DNA from: a virus
Length of the DNA: 42,893 nucleotides
IMG/VR virus record: IMGVR_UViG_3300037424_002455
Coordinates: 1-42,893 of that record
Direction: 5' to 3' (one strand)
The notes under the pieces were generated by a model that was not told the DNA's origin, did no database searches, and saw only the letters and a program-made list of their open reading frames with translations. The first letter of the stretch is position 1. The number at the start of each line of letters is the position of its first letter. Below are positions 1-9,258 of the stretch, one piece after another. Position numbers and translations under genes: made by a program.

Positions 1-127
1 TCCCCCAGGCGGTTGTCAGGTCGCTTTGTGCAAGCAAGCCGGTCGAGCCATCCAACACGCCGTCCCTGCCTCCCCTCCGCAGTAAGATGGACTGTGCCTT
101 GCCGGTGAACTCCAGCAACAACTCCTG
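1..127. repeat. Terminal direct repeat, copy 1 (circular assembly overlap)
   Basis: Bases 1-127 are identical to 42767-42893 by direct reading. A minus-strand ORF stays in frame across the join. Confidence 0.95.
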
Positions 128-268
128 TGTGCGACCGGTGAAATAGATCTGCAATCGCATCAACGCAACAAAAGCCGATTTATAGATCCGGTTCAACGCG
201 ATGGAATCGAGTTTATCCAGCAACTCGCTCTTCTTGATGCGCTCATTCAACAGGACAGGTGTAGCCAT
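1..268 (-). CDS. Head morphogenesis protein, Mu F / SPP1 gp7-like (5' part; gene wraps the circular junction and ends at 41859)
   Basis: ATG at 268-266 shares one base with the portal stop (TAATG). MATPVLLNERIKK... continues in frame through the overlap into ORF 41859-42887. Confidence 0.75.
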   Translation of the reverse strand, partial: MATPVLLNERIKKSELLDKLDSIALNRIYKSAFVALMRLQIYFTGRTQELLLEFTGKAQSILLRRGGRDGVLDGSTGLLAQSDLTTAWG

Positions 269-1563
269 TAGATGCTCAATCCTTTCAGGTTATTCGCAAA
301 CTGATCCACACTGAAACCGTTCGAGTTCAGGATGTCAACATCCACATCCCGCAGGAACGAAGCCATCAACACCTGAATGATCTCATCCTTCACACCCAGC
401 AGCTTCAAACGGGAACCGGCATCAGCCAGGTCGCGCAGGTCCGCAGGGCTAAGGGATTTCGCCTTGCGCCAGATGACCTTATATTCCACGCTGGCAGGCA
501 GGATACCCTGCATCAACCATTGGCGTTCCAGCAACGGCTGAATGATCTGGAGCGTGGTCCACTCACGTCCCTGGTTGAGGATCTCTTCGTATTGTTCCTT
601 CTTCTCGCCCAGGATGTCGCGGTTCATGTCACTGCCATAGGCGATCAACTCCATGGGCGTATCGCTGGCTGTGAACATGGTCGCAATGTGATGTTCCACG
701 TCTGCGATCTTATCGATGTTCCCATCGCCCTGATGGACGGTCAGGTTGCCCGTCTTGTTGCTAAAAAAGTCAACCACCGCCGCCAGTTTCCCCAACGCGG
801 CTTTGTTATTTTCCTTATACGCTTCCACATCCGAAGGCGCACCTTCGATGACATGCTGGCGAAGCTGTGCCCCGCCGATCTTCCGGCGCACTGCCACGTT
901 CAACTCACCGTCCTCCACATACCGGAAGTGCTTGCGCGCCGATTTCATCATCGGTCTGCCGTAGCGTTGTTCCTCGTCATGGTTCCAACGTGCATGGATG
1001 ATCTGCCAGGCGGGGAACCAAAGCGCATCCGCAGGCGGCTCCATGCCTGAATACATCGTCGCACCCATCCAGAACGCCTTCTGCGGATTATCGAACTTGT
1101 CAGCCGAGTTTGAATTGCGGTGCATCTGCAAGGTTGGCTTGCGCGTCACATCTGCGATCAACAGGGAATCGTCCACGGTGTTCTCAAGGAACGAATCGCC
1201 GTCACGCATGGTCAATCTCAACCAGTCTTCCAACCGTTGGTTCAGGCTCAATCGCCTCTGTAAATCCGATGCAACCTCCGCCGCCGCTTTATCTTCAGTC
1301 TTGATGATGAAACCATTCCGCAACAGGTCACGCGCATAATCCCGATGCATCTTCTCCACACGCGGGTCGCCGTCATACATCGCACGGCAATCCTTGATCA
1401 CCGCCGCACGCGTATGCTCCACCTGGAACTTGCTCATCACCGATTCAGGGATCACCGGCGCCGGTCCGCCCCCACTCGCGCTGAGCGGAGCCGTAGGCGA
1501 AGTCGAAGCGGAAGCGGAAGCGGGATTGAAAAACGCATTGATTCTTTGCATCAAGGTTGGCAT
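268..1563 (-). CDS. Putative portal protein
   Basis: 431 aa with AAGGA RBS 6 nt upstream of the ATG. It sits immediately upstream of, and is coupled to, the MuF-like gene (portal-MuF pairing as in SPP1). Size and acidic C-terminal region fit a portal. Confidence 0.6.
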   Translation of the reverse strand: MPTLMQRINAFFNPASASASTSPTAPLSASGGGPAPVIPESVMSKFQVEHTRAAVIKDCRAMYDGDPRVEKMHRDYARDLLRNGFIIKTEDKAAAEVASDLQRRLSLNQRLEDWLRLTMRDGDSFLENTVDDSLLIADVTRKPTLQMHRNSNSADKFDNPQKAFWMGATMYSGMEPPADALWFPAWQIIHARWNHDEEQRYGRPMMKSARKHFRYVEDGELNVAVRRKIGGAQLRQHVIEGAPSDVEAYKENNKAALGKLAAVVDFFSNKTGNLTVHQGDGNIDKIADVEHHIATMFTASDTPMELIAYGSDMNRDILGEKKEQYEEILNQGREWTTLQIIQPLLERQWLMQGILPASVEYKVIWRKAKSLSPADLRDLADAGSRLKLLGVKDEIIQVLMASFLRDVDVDILNSNGFSVDQFANNLKGLSI

Positions 1564-1566
1564 GAT

Positions 1567-2004
1567 CTATCCTTTGAAGACATCCTGAACCATCCGTTCA
1601 AGACCTGAAAGGTTCTTTTCCAGCGTGCTCATGACGATGGCATATTTGCCGCCGTTCGATAATTCCAAAAACTTGCCATAAAAAACGGTGTGACCCAGTG
1701 TGATGATCAACGTATTGGCATCACCGCTTTCGATGCCCACATCGCTCATCTCCGATTTCGATTCGGGTGTCACCTCACCGGTGATCGTGCCGAGACCAAA
1801 CCCGTCCACCGCAAAGAACAGACCACCGCGTGCATTGCCTGTCCGGTCTTCCCAGTTCGCATCCTTGCGCGCCTCATCCTGAACAGACTGTCCCCAATAA
1901 TTTGCCACAGCCTGGATCGCAACCAATGCCCGTTGACCATAGTCTTCAAGACCCTGTGCAATGACCTTCGGCGAAACAACCCACTCGAAACCAGAACCGT
2001 TCAT
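1567..2004 (-). CDS. Head-tail connector / neck protein, HK97 gp10-like
   Basis: NWEDRTGNARGGLF resembles the TGxL motif of the HK97 gp10 family. ATGA overlap with the upstream gene. Confidence 0.5.
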   Translation of the reverse strand: MNGSGFEWVVSPKVIAQGLEDYGQRALVAIQAVANYWGQSVQDEARKDANWEDRTGNARGGLFFAVDGFGLGTITGEVTPESKSEMSDVGIESGDANTLIITLGHTVFYGKFLELSNGGKYAIVMSTLEKNLSGLERMVQDVFKG

Positions 2005-2312
2005 TCCTCCACCACGCCTTCTGCGATCGTAGCCGTCAGCCGGTTCAACTGAATGAAAACGACCCTGATCAACCTGCCGTCATATGTGATCCGGTCTTCA
2101 TTCAGAATATTCATATCCGGCTCGCCCAAAATGAAGACAGCCTGGTTCGCTGCGCGTGCGGCGTCGCTTTGCAACCTGGACCCGCGTGCGCCTGCATACT
2201 CGATCCGCATGGGTTGGGCGGTCACAGTTGTAGCATCACGGCGGATCACAAGGCTCACTTCATTCCTTGCGCGGATCTTCCTCATGCGTGCCTGGTAGAA
2301 ACTCGTGTTCAT
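2001..2312 (-). CDS. Head-tail joining (head closure) protein, SPP1 gp16-like
   Basis: 103 aa, beta-rich, with the pattern ...ILGEPDMNILNEDRITYDGRLIRVVFI... ATGA overlaps on both sides within the connector cluster. Confidence 0.5.
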   Translation of the reverse strand: MNTSFYQARMRKIRARNEVSLVIRRDATTVTAQPMRIEYAGARGSRLQSDAARAANQAVFILGEPDMNILNEDRITYDGRLIRVVFIQLNRLTATIAEGVVEE

Positions 2313-2935
2313 GAATAGGTCCCATAGGTGCCGTTATAGGTCTTGCACGCATTTTCATATTCAGAATCGGATGTCTCACTGTCCTTTTGATACGAAGTGC
2401 TTGCGCCGCTCAGGTCTTCACTCACTGCACCGAAACTATATTTGATCGAATCGCCCGCCTGCGCATTGGATATCTTCGACAGGGCAATCGCCTTGGCTTT
2501 CAACAAAACGATCTGCGCTTCGTCCTCACCCATCGTAGTGTAATCGCCTGCCGTGGCTACCCAGCCCGCCTTGTATTTGAAATAACGCGTCAACGAATAG
2601 GCGGGCGTGGGATGGAACGTGATCTGTTTGTTTGCGATCGTCGACTCTTCCTGGAAGTCCTTGCTGATGGGTATGATGCCGTTGTCCGAGATGATCACAT
2701 TGTCGATACCCACGAGCGCATCCATAGAGATCAACTTCAAAAAGTCTGCGGGCAGGCTGTAGGTGGGGGTGCCTGAAACAATGGCAAGCGTCGAGAGCTT
2801 GATCAACCCGCAACGACGCGAAAAATCCAGCACAGCATCCTTTACCGCCTGCTCATACTGCGCAGACGTGGGCACACTGTCCACAGCGGGGACTTCCGAT
2901 TGCAACAGGGCAACCAGCGCGGCAAGCGTGGTCAT
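2309..2935 (-). CDS. Putative head-tail adaptor / structural protein
   Basis: 208 aa, translationally coupled (ATGA) on both sides, downstream of the capsid gene. No specific motif recognised. Confidence 0.4.
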   Translation of the reverse strand: MTTLAALVALLQSEVPAVDSVPTSAQYEQAVKDAVLDFSRRCGLIKLSTLAIVSGTPTYSLPADFLKLISMDALVGIDNVIISDNGIIPISKDFQEESTIANKQITFHPTPAYSLTRYFKYKAGWVATAGDYTTMGEDEAQIVLLKAKAIALSKISNAQAGDSIKYSFGAVSEDLSGASTSYQKDSETSDSEYENACKTYNGTYGTYS

Positions 2936-3204
2936 GATTTCTTCTTACCTCGTCTGCCAACTTTGGCTGGTCGAGTAGGCTGTGTACTCACAGCTGTATC
3001 GAGACCACCCGTCACAGTCGAAGCGTCAGAGAATGGATCAACTTCCGGCTGAGCCTGAGGCGGGGCATCTTCCTTGATCTCAAAATCCTGATCGCCTTCC
3101 AATAACTCTGCCTGCTTCGGTGTGATCTCCTTCGATTCGCCCGGTCGCAAGATTCGATCTGCAACCATTCGATCTTTTTTACCAATATTCGTGATCTTCG
3201 TCAT
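2932..3204 (-). CDS. Hypothetical small head-module protein
   Basis: Start chosen at MTKITNIG... with a strong AAGGAG RBS. Has a basic C-terminal tail. Confidence 0.5.
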   Translation of the reverse strand: MTKITNIGKKDRMVADRILRPGESKEITPKQAELLEGDQDFEIKEDAPPQAQPEVDPFSDASTVTGGLDTAVSTQPTRPAKVGRRGKKKS

Positions 3205-3283
3205 ATCGATCTCCTTCATCGATGGGAGCGGAGCCAGTAACCCCGCTCCCATTCGTCAATCCAAAATCGTCAATCGTAAAGCG

Positions 3284-5947
3284 TTACGCCTGGGTCGGGA
3301 CAACACTTGCCTTGCCGCCGATCGGCGCGAGCGAAGCGTTGTACTCCTCCGCATAGTATTGATCTGCCGCCACCAGTTTGCCGTTGCTGTAGGTGGGGTA
3401 TGGTCCCTTCACGATCATGGGCGAGAAGATGCGGTGCATCACGATCTCACGGTTCAACACCAGGTTGAAGGTATCGCGCATCTCGGGCGTCTCGAAGACA
3501 TCCAGCCCTTTGACCCTGCCCACGAAACCAGCGGCATTCAACATGGCATTCGGGAACCCGTCACGTGTGAACCCGTCCCAATTGCTCAGGTAATCCGAGT
3601 TCGTGGCGCTCATCAACAGGGAAGTGGGGTTGTAGAAGCGGTTGACCACCTTGACCTTTGCCTCACCGATACGCTTCACGAGATCAAGATAAACAGCATC
3701 GCTGATATCCCATGCGGCGGTCTTGTTGCTCGCCACCGACAATGCAGCCGCCAGAGCCTTTTCGATCAGGCGGCGGTCCTTGTCACGTCGCATCTCGCGG
3801 ATGATATTTGCCATCGTGCGACCGACTGCATCCCAGCCGATCTGTGAACGGCTGAACACGATCGCTTCACTGGTGATGTAATCAGCCAGGCGGTCAGCCG
3901 CGGCGGTGATGGTCTGGTATGCGAGCGTGGTCTTGGCGCGTTCGATCTCGGCATCCTCGCCCTTGCGGGTCGCGTGGTAGCTGTAATCCACCAGCACATC
4001 GTTTGCATCGATGGCACCTGCCGCAATCGCACGGATTTTACCGAGTTCATAATCGATCACGAAGTCGGTGCCTTCCACATAGGTGGTGCCTGCGGGGTTG
4101 CTGGTCACAACGACCGTGCCTGGGACGATGTTCTTTTGCGCCAGGTCGTACCAGGTATCCTCCGCACCGGCAGTTTCAACTTCATCGGTGATGGCAACCA
4201 GGAAACCGGTCTCGCCTGTGAATGTCTCGTAAAAGATATTCATCGGTGATTGTTCCATGATCCCAAAATCGAAGATGTTGGCGGCAACCAGGTTGGGGTA
4301 CGCCTCGGCGATCACAGTGCGGCTGACCGAATAGGGCAGGTTCAGGTCCGCAGTGGTCTCAGCCTCTTCGAACATCTTTGCCTCGTTCATCAACTGCCGC
4401 TTGTATTGCTTGTCGAATTGAGCCAGCAACATATCTGTCAAAACTGCGGCGGGAGATTCGGCGCGTAACACGAGCGTGCTTTTGGCGCGTTTCTCGTGCT
4501 TGCGCACGGATTCGGTCAGCTCGAAAGCCACACGTGCGAATTCCGGCGTGCCGGTCTCGTTCTCGAGCACATCGCCGATCACTTTGATCGACTTGCTTTT
4601 CTCATCAAAGCCCATGCCTTTGAGAACGCCTGCCGCCGCCATCTTGCTGAACTGCTTGCGCTGTGATTCGGCGAACTTCTTCACAACTTCAGCGTTCGGG
4701 AGTTCGGCTTCATCGATGCTCTCAACGAACATCTTGTTGAGCGTCGCGCCGAAAGGCAGGTCCTTCACGACTTCCTTCTTCGCCTCGTCAATCGCGGACT
4801 GGGCTTCCAGATCGTCGAACTTCTTCGCCTTGACCGCATTACCCTTCACGGCTTCAACGATGTTCATATCCGCGCCGATCCCCAATGTCGTGCGCAGATT
4901 TTCTTCCAGTTTCTTCAACTGCTTTTCATTCAACGCTTCCAACTGCGCTTCTGTCATGCCCCTGTTGAAAAGTTCAGGTTGTTCAGCGAGTAATTTCTTC
5001 AATTGTTCAAGTAACTCGTTCATGTCAATTTCTCCTTGATTGGATTCAAAATAGTTGATCGACCCATTGGGGTCGCTTTGTTCGTTCGGCGTGGTCCCGT
5101 CATAACCGGTGATCACCAGTTGAGTGATTTCCTCGACTGGGACACCGCCTTGCTTGACCTTCTTCGATTCACCGTATCCGCGCTGACTGATCCCAGGGAT
5201 CACACCGCCGCGCATCTGGGCATGGATGTCCTTGCCTGCACTCGTGCCAAGCAGGTTGCCTTCCAAAAGGACTTGTTTCCCATCGAACGAAACAGTGTCC
5301 CAGTTGAAGACAATTTCACTCAGCAAAGAACGCCGATTGCCCTTGTCTGCGGGATGGTCTGATTCCCCTGTCAGCGATAACATACGTCCCTGTCCGTTGC
5401 TCTCATGGAGATGACCCTTCAATTCCTTGATCGCTCTTTCAAGCACCGAAGCAGGATAACGCCGTCCGTTTCCATTGATAATGTCAGCCGTAATGCCTAC
5501 GGCTCGAATGCGCCACGGTCCATCGGGAGTTTCATTCTCTGAACTTTCCACCAACTGGACCGAGTTTGCCACTGTCTCTTCAAACCGTTTCCCCTTTTTC
5601 TTTACGCTCGGGGAAGCTACTGCACCCTCAGCCACAGCCGCTTCCTGCGCGGTTGTCTTGGGCTGATAAGCCAGCTCCACCACTTCCCATTCATCACGCG
5701 GAGCGAAGGTATATTGATCTCCGCTCTTCGTATACGTCACCATGTAATACTCGGATGGCATCAACTCCGAACCATAGGATTCAATGGTTACAAAGTCTGC
5801 GAATGAATCGATGACATAGAAATTCGGACCGCCATCCAGATACGGGAATTGCACGCGGAACTGCTTGCTGATCCACGCCTGGGTATATTCCAGTGACCCC
5901 TTTACCAGCTCCTCAAGCGCTTTCCCTTTTTGAATTTTATTTTTCAT
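3284..5947 (-). CDS. Fusion protein: N-terminal domain, T4 gp21-like prohead protease, coiled-coil scaffold, HK97-fold major capsid protein
   Basis: INGNGRRYPASVLERAI...GESDHP...GISQRGYG resembles the gp21/S77 protease pattern. A Lys/Glu/Leu-rich coiled coil follows (EQLKKLLAEQPELF...). The C-terminal ~400 aa is capsid-like. AGGAG RBS. Confidence 0.7.
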   Translation of the reverse strand: MKNKIQKGKALEELVKGSLEYTQAWISKQFRVQFPYLDGGPNFYVIDSFADFVTIESYGSELMPSEYYMVTYTKSGDQYTFAPRDEWEVVELAYQPKTTAQEAAVAEGAVASPSVKKKGKRFEETVANSVQLVESSENETPDGPWRIRAVGITADIINGNGRRYPASVLERAIKELKGHLHESNGQGRMLSLTGESDHPADKGNRRSLLSEIVFNWDTVSFDGKQVLLEGNLLGTSAGKDIHAQMRGGVIPGISQRGYGESKKVKQGGVPVEEITQLVITGYDGTTPNEQSDPNGSINYFESNQGEIDMNELLEQLKKLLAEQPELFNRGMTEAQLEALNEKQLKKLEENLRTTLGIGADMNIVEAVKGNAVKAKKFDDLEAQSAIDEAKKEVVKDLPFGATLNKMFVESIDEAELPNAEVVKKFAESQRKQFSKMAAAGVLKGMGFDEKSKSIKVIGDVLENETGTPEFARVAFELTESVRKHEKRAKSTLVLRAESPAAVLTDMLLAQFDKQYKRQLMNEAKMFEEAETTADLNLPYSVSRTVIAEAYPNLVAANIFDFGIMEQSPMNIFYETFTGETGFLVAITDEVETAGAEDTWYDLAQKNIVPGTVVVTSNPAGTTYVEGTDFVIDYELGKIRAIAAGAIDANDVLVDYSYHATRKGEDAEIERAKTTLAYQTITAAADRLADYITSEAIVFSRSQIGWDAVGRTMANIIREMRRDKDRRLIEKALAAALSVASNKTAAWDISDAVYLDLVKRIGEAKVKVVNRFYNPTSLLMSATNSDYLSNWDGFTRDGFPNAMLNAAGFVGRVKGLDVFETPEMRDTFNLVLNREIVMHRIFSPMIVKGPYPTYSNGKLVAADQYYAEEYNASLAPIGGKASVVPTQA

Positions 5948-5964
5948 TTTGCACTCTCCTAAAA

Positions 5965-5999
5965 GCTAATCGCTAAAAGCTAAGAGCTGATAGCTAAAT
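5965..5999. repeat. Tandem heptanucleotide array (GCTNANN x5)
   Basis: gctaatc gctaaaa gctaaga gctgata gctaaat read directly. Spans the terL stop and the capsid-gene leader. Confidence 0.85.
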
Positions 6000-7563
6000 C
6001 GAATAATTGCTCCGCACTCACCACAACCGCCTCACTGCTTGCGGTCTTACCGGTGCCGCTCACGTTATCGGCGATCATCTGATTTCCACCGCTCACTGAA
6101 TCAATCTGGTCATCGTGCCCTTTGGGGAAACCCACAGCCTCACGCTTAAATGTCAAATTCCAGGCACCTCGCACCAAATGCACCATCTTCTGTTTGGCGC
6201 GCAACCGCCATGATTGTGCCCATTGCGTTTTATCTCCTTCATCACTACTGCGTGTCATTTCGGTGATAGCGATCTTCGCCAAAGCCTTATCAGCCATAAA
6301 TTGCTTCACCACCAACGATTGAAAGGCATTCCCTTCAATGCCCCAGATCACACCATGCTCTTCATCCCTAAGCATCAATGCCTTCAGACTTCCCAAAAAC
6401 AGATCCAGATTACGTTCTCTCAACATGTCGCGGATATAAAGATCACCTCTCGTATCCATTGCCACTGCCCCGGTCGCATTGAAATCACTTTGTTGGGTCT
6501 TGCCCAATGCCAAGTCTACATAGCGATACCACTGTAAACTTTCCGGCGCACGCGGTATTACGTCAAAGTCGTCTTCATCGAAGAAATTACCGCTGGCGAG
6601 TTTGGGCATCTGTTGAAATTGCGCCTCGAATTCAAACTCATCCATGTTGGCTTTTTTGATTTTCAGAGCCTGTACATCGTGCTTGTGTTCCCACAGCGGT
6701 TCACCGGGGGCGCGTCCTAATTGATCGCCGTTCATTGGCAGGAAGACACCGCCCAATAAATTCTCAACATACTCTTCGTGTGTCTGCGGATATTCCTTTT
6801 CATCCGGTGCGATCGCAGGCATAAAGACAACATCCCATTCGTCCGCATCTTCATCTGACTCCATAGCATTCAAAAGCCGCCCTGAAAGGTCTTCCACATC
6901 CCAGCGCGTTTGAATCACAATGATCGCACCATGATCTTCCAAACGTGTATAAGCTGTGGACTTGTACCATTCGTATTGGTCGTCACTGATCGTCTCGGAA
7001 CTCGCTTCCTTTCGACCCTTGACCGGATCATCAATGATCAATAGATTCGCCCCGAACCCTGTGATACCGCCACCCACGCCCGCGGCTTGCATACCGCCCA
7101 TGCGGTCCGCGATATCCCATGAAGCCGATGCTTTACTTTCAGCATCCAGTTCCACTGGCTCATTCGTGGACGATAATTCACCGAACACCTGCGAATATTC
7201 TTCCGATTGGATCATGTCACGGACTGCCTTTGAATGTTTACTGGCAAGATCCGCATTATAGGATGTCAAAATTATTCGTAGATCTGGGTTCTTGCCCATC
7301 AACCAGGCAGGGAACTTGCGTGAGGCGGTCTGGCTTTTCCAATAACGCGGGGGCATGAACACCATCAAACGGGGGATGCCTTCCTTGCCGCCTGAAAGGA
7401 TGTACTTCGCAACCTGCTCCAACTTGTGCGCCAAAAACTGCACATGTTTTTCCTCGACCGGATGTTTACGGTCCACATGTTTGCAAAAGGATAGGAAGTC
7501 ACGCTCCGCCATGAGACGGTTCTTGATCTCCTGCTTGATCAAATCACGCGGATTACTCGACAT
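5980..7563 (-). CDS. terL: Terminase large subunit
   Basis: LMVFMPPRYWKSQ (Walker A-like PPRxGKS variant), LLIIDDP (Walker B) and a C-terminal nuclease-like region. 527 aa, directly upstream of head genes. Confidence 0.85.
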   Translation of the reverse strand: MSSNPRDLIKQEIKNRLMAERDFLSFCKHVDRKHPVEEKHVQFLAHKLEQVAKYILSGGKEGIPRLMVFMPPRYWKSQTASRKFPAWLMGKNPDLRIILTSYNADLASKHSKAVRDMIQSEEYSQVFGELSSTNEPVELDAESKASASWDIADRMGGMQAAGVGGGITGFGANLLIIDDPVKGRKEASSETISDDQYEWYKSTAYTRLEDHGAIIVIQTRWDVEDLSGRLLNAMESDEDADEWDVVFMPAIAPDEKEYPQTHEEYVENLLGGVFLPMNGDQLGRAPGEPLWEHKHDVQALKIKKANMDEFEFEAQFQQMPKLASGNFFDEDDFDVIPRAPESLQWYRYVDLALGKTQQSDFNATGAVAMDTRGDLYIRDMLRERNLDLFLGSLKALMLRDEEHGVIWGIEGNAFQSLVVKQFMADKALAKIAITEMTRSSDEGDKTQWAQSWRLRAKQKMVHLVRGAWNLTFKREAVGFPKGHDDQIDSVSGGNQMIADNVSGTGKTASSEAVVVSAEQLFDLAISS

Positions 7564-8278
7564 TCTCTTCCTCGCTCCCCTCTCCCTCAGGAGAGGGGAT
7601 GGGGGTGAGGTCGGAATCTTCCAACTCCTCCTCCAGCTCCTTCATCATCGTCAGTGCATCCGGTCCCAGCAACTCGATCAGATCCGCCGTGGTTTTCTTC
7701 TTCAGCTCGCCCAACACCTTGCGCCCAACCGTGGACCCTGAGTCGCCTTCGATCTTCTGGCGCGGTGTGTAATCTTTCGTCATCTCGAAGAAGAGACGCC
7801 GATCTGGGTTGGCACGGTAGCTGGGATCGGAGGCAACCGTCCCCAGGGCATGGAACGCACCCGGACGATATTCCAACATCGATTCAGCCTGCAACTGCGA
7901 GATCATCATGTCGATCTCTGGATATTTCTTGCGCCACGTGGCGATAGCACGGTCAGAAGTGAGACCGAGATATTCTTTCGCAAGGTTTTCCTGCGTGTCT
8001 GGGTAACGGAATTTCTTGGGCATCGTCGCCCAGGCGATATATGCCGCAATGCGCGGACGGACATTTGCATTCAATAAATTCTGATATACATCCGCCCAGG
8101 ACGGGATCTCCTCGCTTGCATCGATGACATTGTTTTCCACGAGAGTTTTACGAAAGAGGATTTCACGTGCCCGCACATCGGCAACGGAAAGCAAAACCTT
8201 CGCATCGGCTTCCTCAGCCAGCTCGATACCAAGCGCAAAATTTTCCAATTCCAACTGCGTAACTCGTTTGATGCTCAT
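7553..8278 (-). CDS. terS: Putative terminase small subunit
   Basis: Start at MSIKRVTQ with a GGAGAAGG RBS. Its 3' end overlaps the terL start by 11 nt. Call is by position. Confidence 0.55.
   Translation of the reverse strand: MSIKRVTQLELENFALGIELAEEADAKVLLSVADVRAREILFRKTLVENNVIDASEEIPSWADVYQNLLNANVRPRIAAYIAWATMPKKFRYPDTQENLAKEYLGLTSDRAIATWRKKYPEIDMMISQLQAESMLEYRPGAFHALGTVASDPSYRANPDRRLFFEMTKDYTPRQKIEGDSGSTVGRKVLGELKKKTTADLIELLGPDALTMMKELEEELEDSDLTPIPSPEGEGSEEENVE
7577..7610. repeat. GC hairpin element copy 1 (cccctctcc-N4-ggagagggg + gggggtgagg)
   Basis: Read directly. Lies inside the terS 3' end, where it encodes ...TPIPSPEGEGS... Confidence 0.85.
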
Positions 8279-8279
8279 A

Positions 8280-9014
8280 TCAATTGACCTTCTCCAGATC
8301 CGCCATCGGATACCACCAATGCTCAACAGTGATATACGGATACGGCACAGGGATCCCATCCAACTGTGGGAAGTTCCTGATCGTGCCTTCCTTGGTAATG
8401 ATCGTCGCCCACAAAACGCGTGGGTCTTTCAGCAGGTCCTTTGTCACAATCGGGAAAGGCTCAGAAACTAAAAAGCTATCAAGTTGCCCCATGAGCACAT
8501 CATACCGGTTCGTTTTCTCTTGCAAGACACGTACCCAATCGTCCACACATACCAGCGGCGCTTGCCGTGGATTCTCCTTGTCCTTGTTCTCGCCGGTGAT
8601 GTAATTGCGAAACTTGTCGGTCCCCTTGTCGTTCGTCACAAACTTATCGCTCAGCGTCATACCTTTGAAATCGGTGATGATTGCGTTTCGCCTTGTTTTA
8701 TCGAGATCCCGAAACAGCTTGCTGTGCAGAAATATGGACAATAGATCCACCCAGAAATATTGCACGGCTTCTGTCATGTCCGCCCATCGCCAATTTTTAT
8801 GATCGTCTATGTCGCCGGTATTCATCACAGCCGGGGCGGGAGCGGACTTACGCACACCGTTCGCCGCAACACCATCAGCCGAAAACTGGTACTGCGTGAA
8901 CTGGTCTCTCTTCACGCGATAAACCTTCCTAGGAACAGGGATGGGATTAGACTCCAATTCCAACACTCCGGTAAGTGGCTTGTGACCGTCAAGATTTAGG
9001 ATGAAGTTCGTCAT
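8280..9014 (-). CDS. Hypothetical protein (lysis/late region)
   Basis: 244 aa with an AGGAAAA RBS. No motif recognised. Its N-terminus shares a DGHKP motif with the C-terminus of ORF 9218-9679. Confidence 0.55.
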   Translation of the reverse strand: MTNFILNLDGHKPLTGVLELESNPIPVPRKVYRVKRDQFTQYQFSADGVAANGVRKSAPAPAVMNTGDIDDHKNWRWADMTEAVQYFWVDLLSIFLHSKLFRDLDKTRRNAIITDFKGMTLSDKFVTNDKGTDKFRNYITGENKDKENPRQAPLVCVDDWVRVLQEKTNRYDVLMGQLDSFLVSEPFPIVTKDLLKDPRVLWATIITKEGTIRNFPQLDGIPVPYPYITVEHWWYPMADLEKVN

Positions 9015-9258
9015 TGTACGTTTTCCTAAGTACCGTATATCCTTCGTTCACAATATCGAAATAAAACTTTGGTTGAAGCGTTCCATCTTCAACCAACTGT
9101 TCAACCAGTTCAAAACTCTCCTTATACGAAAGATTGAAATGACATTGAATCCAACTATGCGTGACATCGGTCTCTTTGCCGATCCAATACCGCATGACAT
9201 CCAGGCAGGGATGATCCTCATAGTTTTTCTGCTTCGCCTGCAAATGGTTTGTGTCCAT
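8989..9258 (-). CDS. Hypothetical small protein, possibly winged-helix
   Basis: WIQCHFNLSYKESFELVEQLVEDGTLQP resembles an FtsK-gamma-like wHTH. Start uncertain (ATG 9258 or 9195) and no clear RBS. Confidence 0.4.
   Translation of the reverse strand: MDTNHLQAKQKNYEDHPCLDVMRYWIGKETDVTHSWIQCHFNLSYKESFELVEQLVEDGTLQPKFYFDIVNEGYTVLRKTYNDELHPKS

Noticed and set aside
520-8077. Numerous 60-240-aa plus-strand ORFs antisense to portal, capsid, terL and terS
   Set aside because: They are fully nested antisense to long genes with recognisable motifs. They have no RBSs, and their translations are low-complexity.
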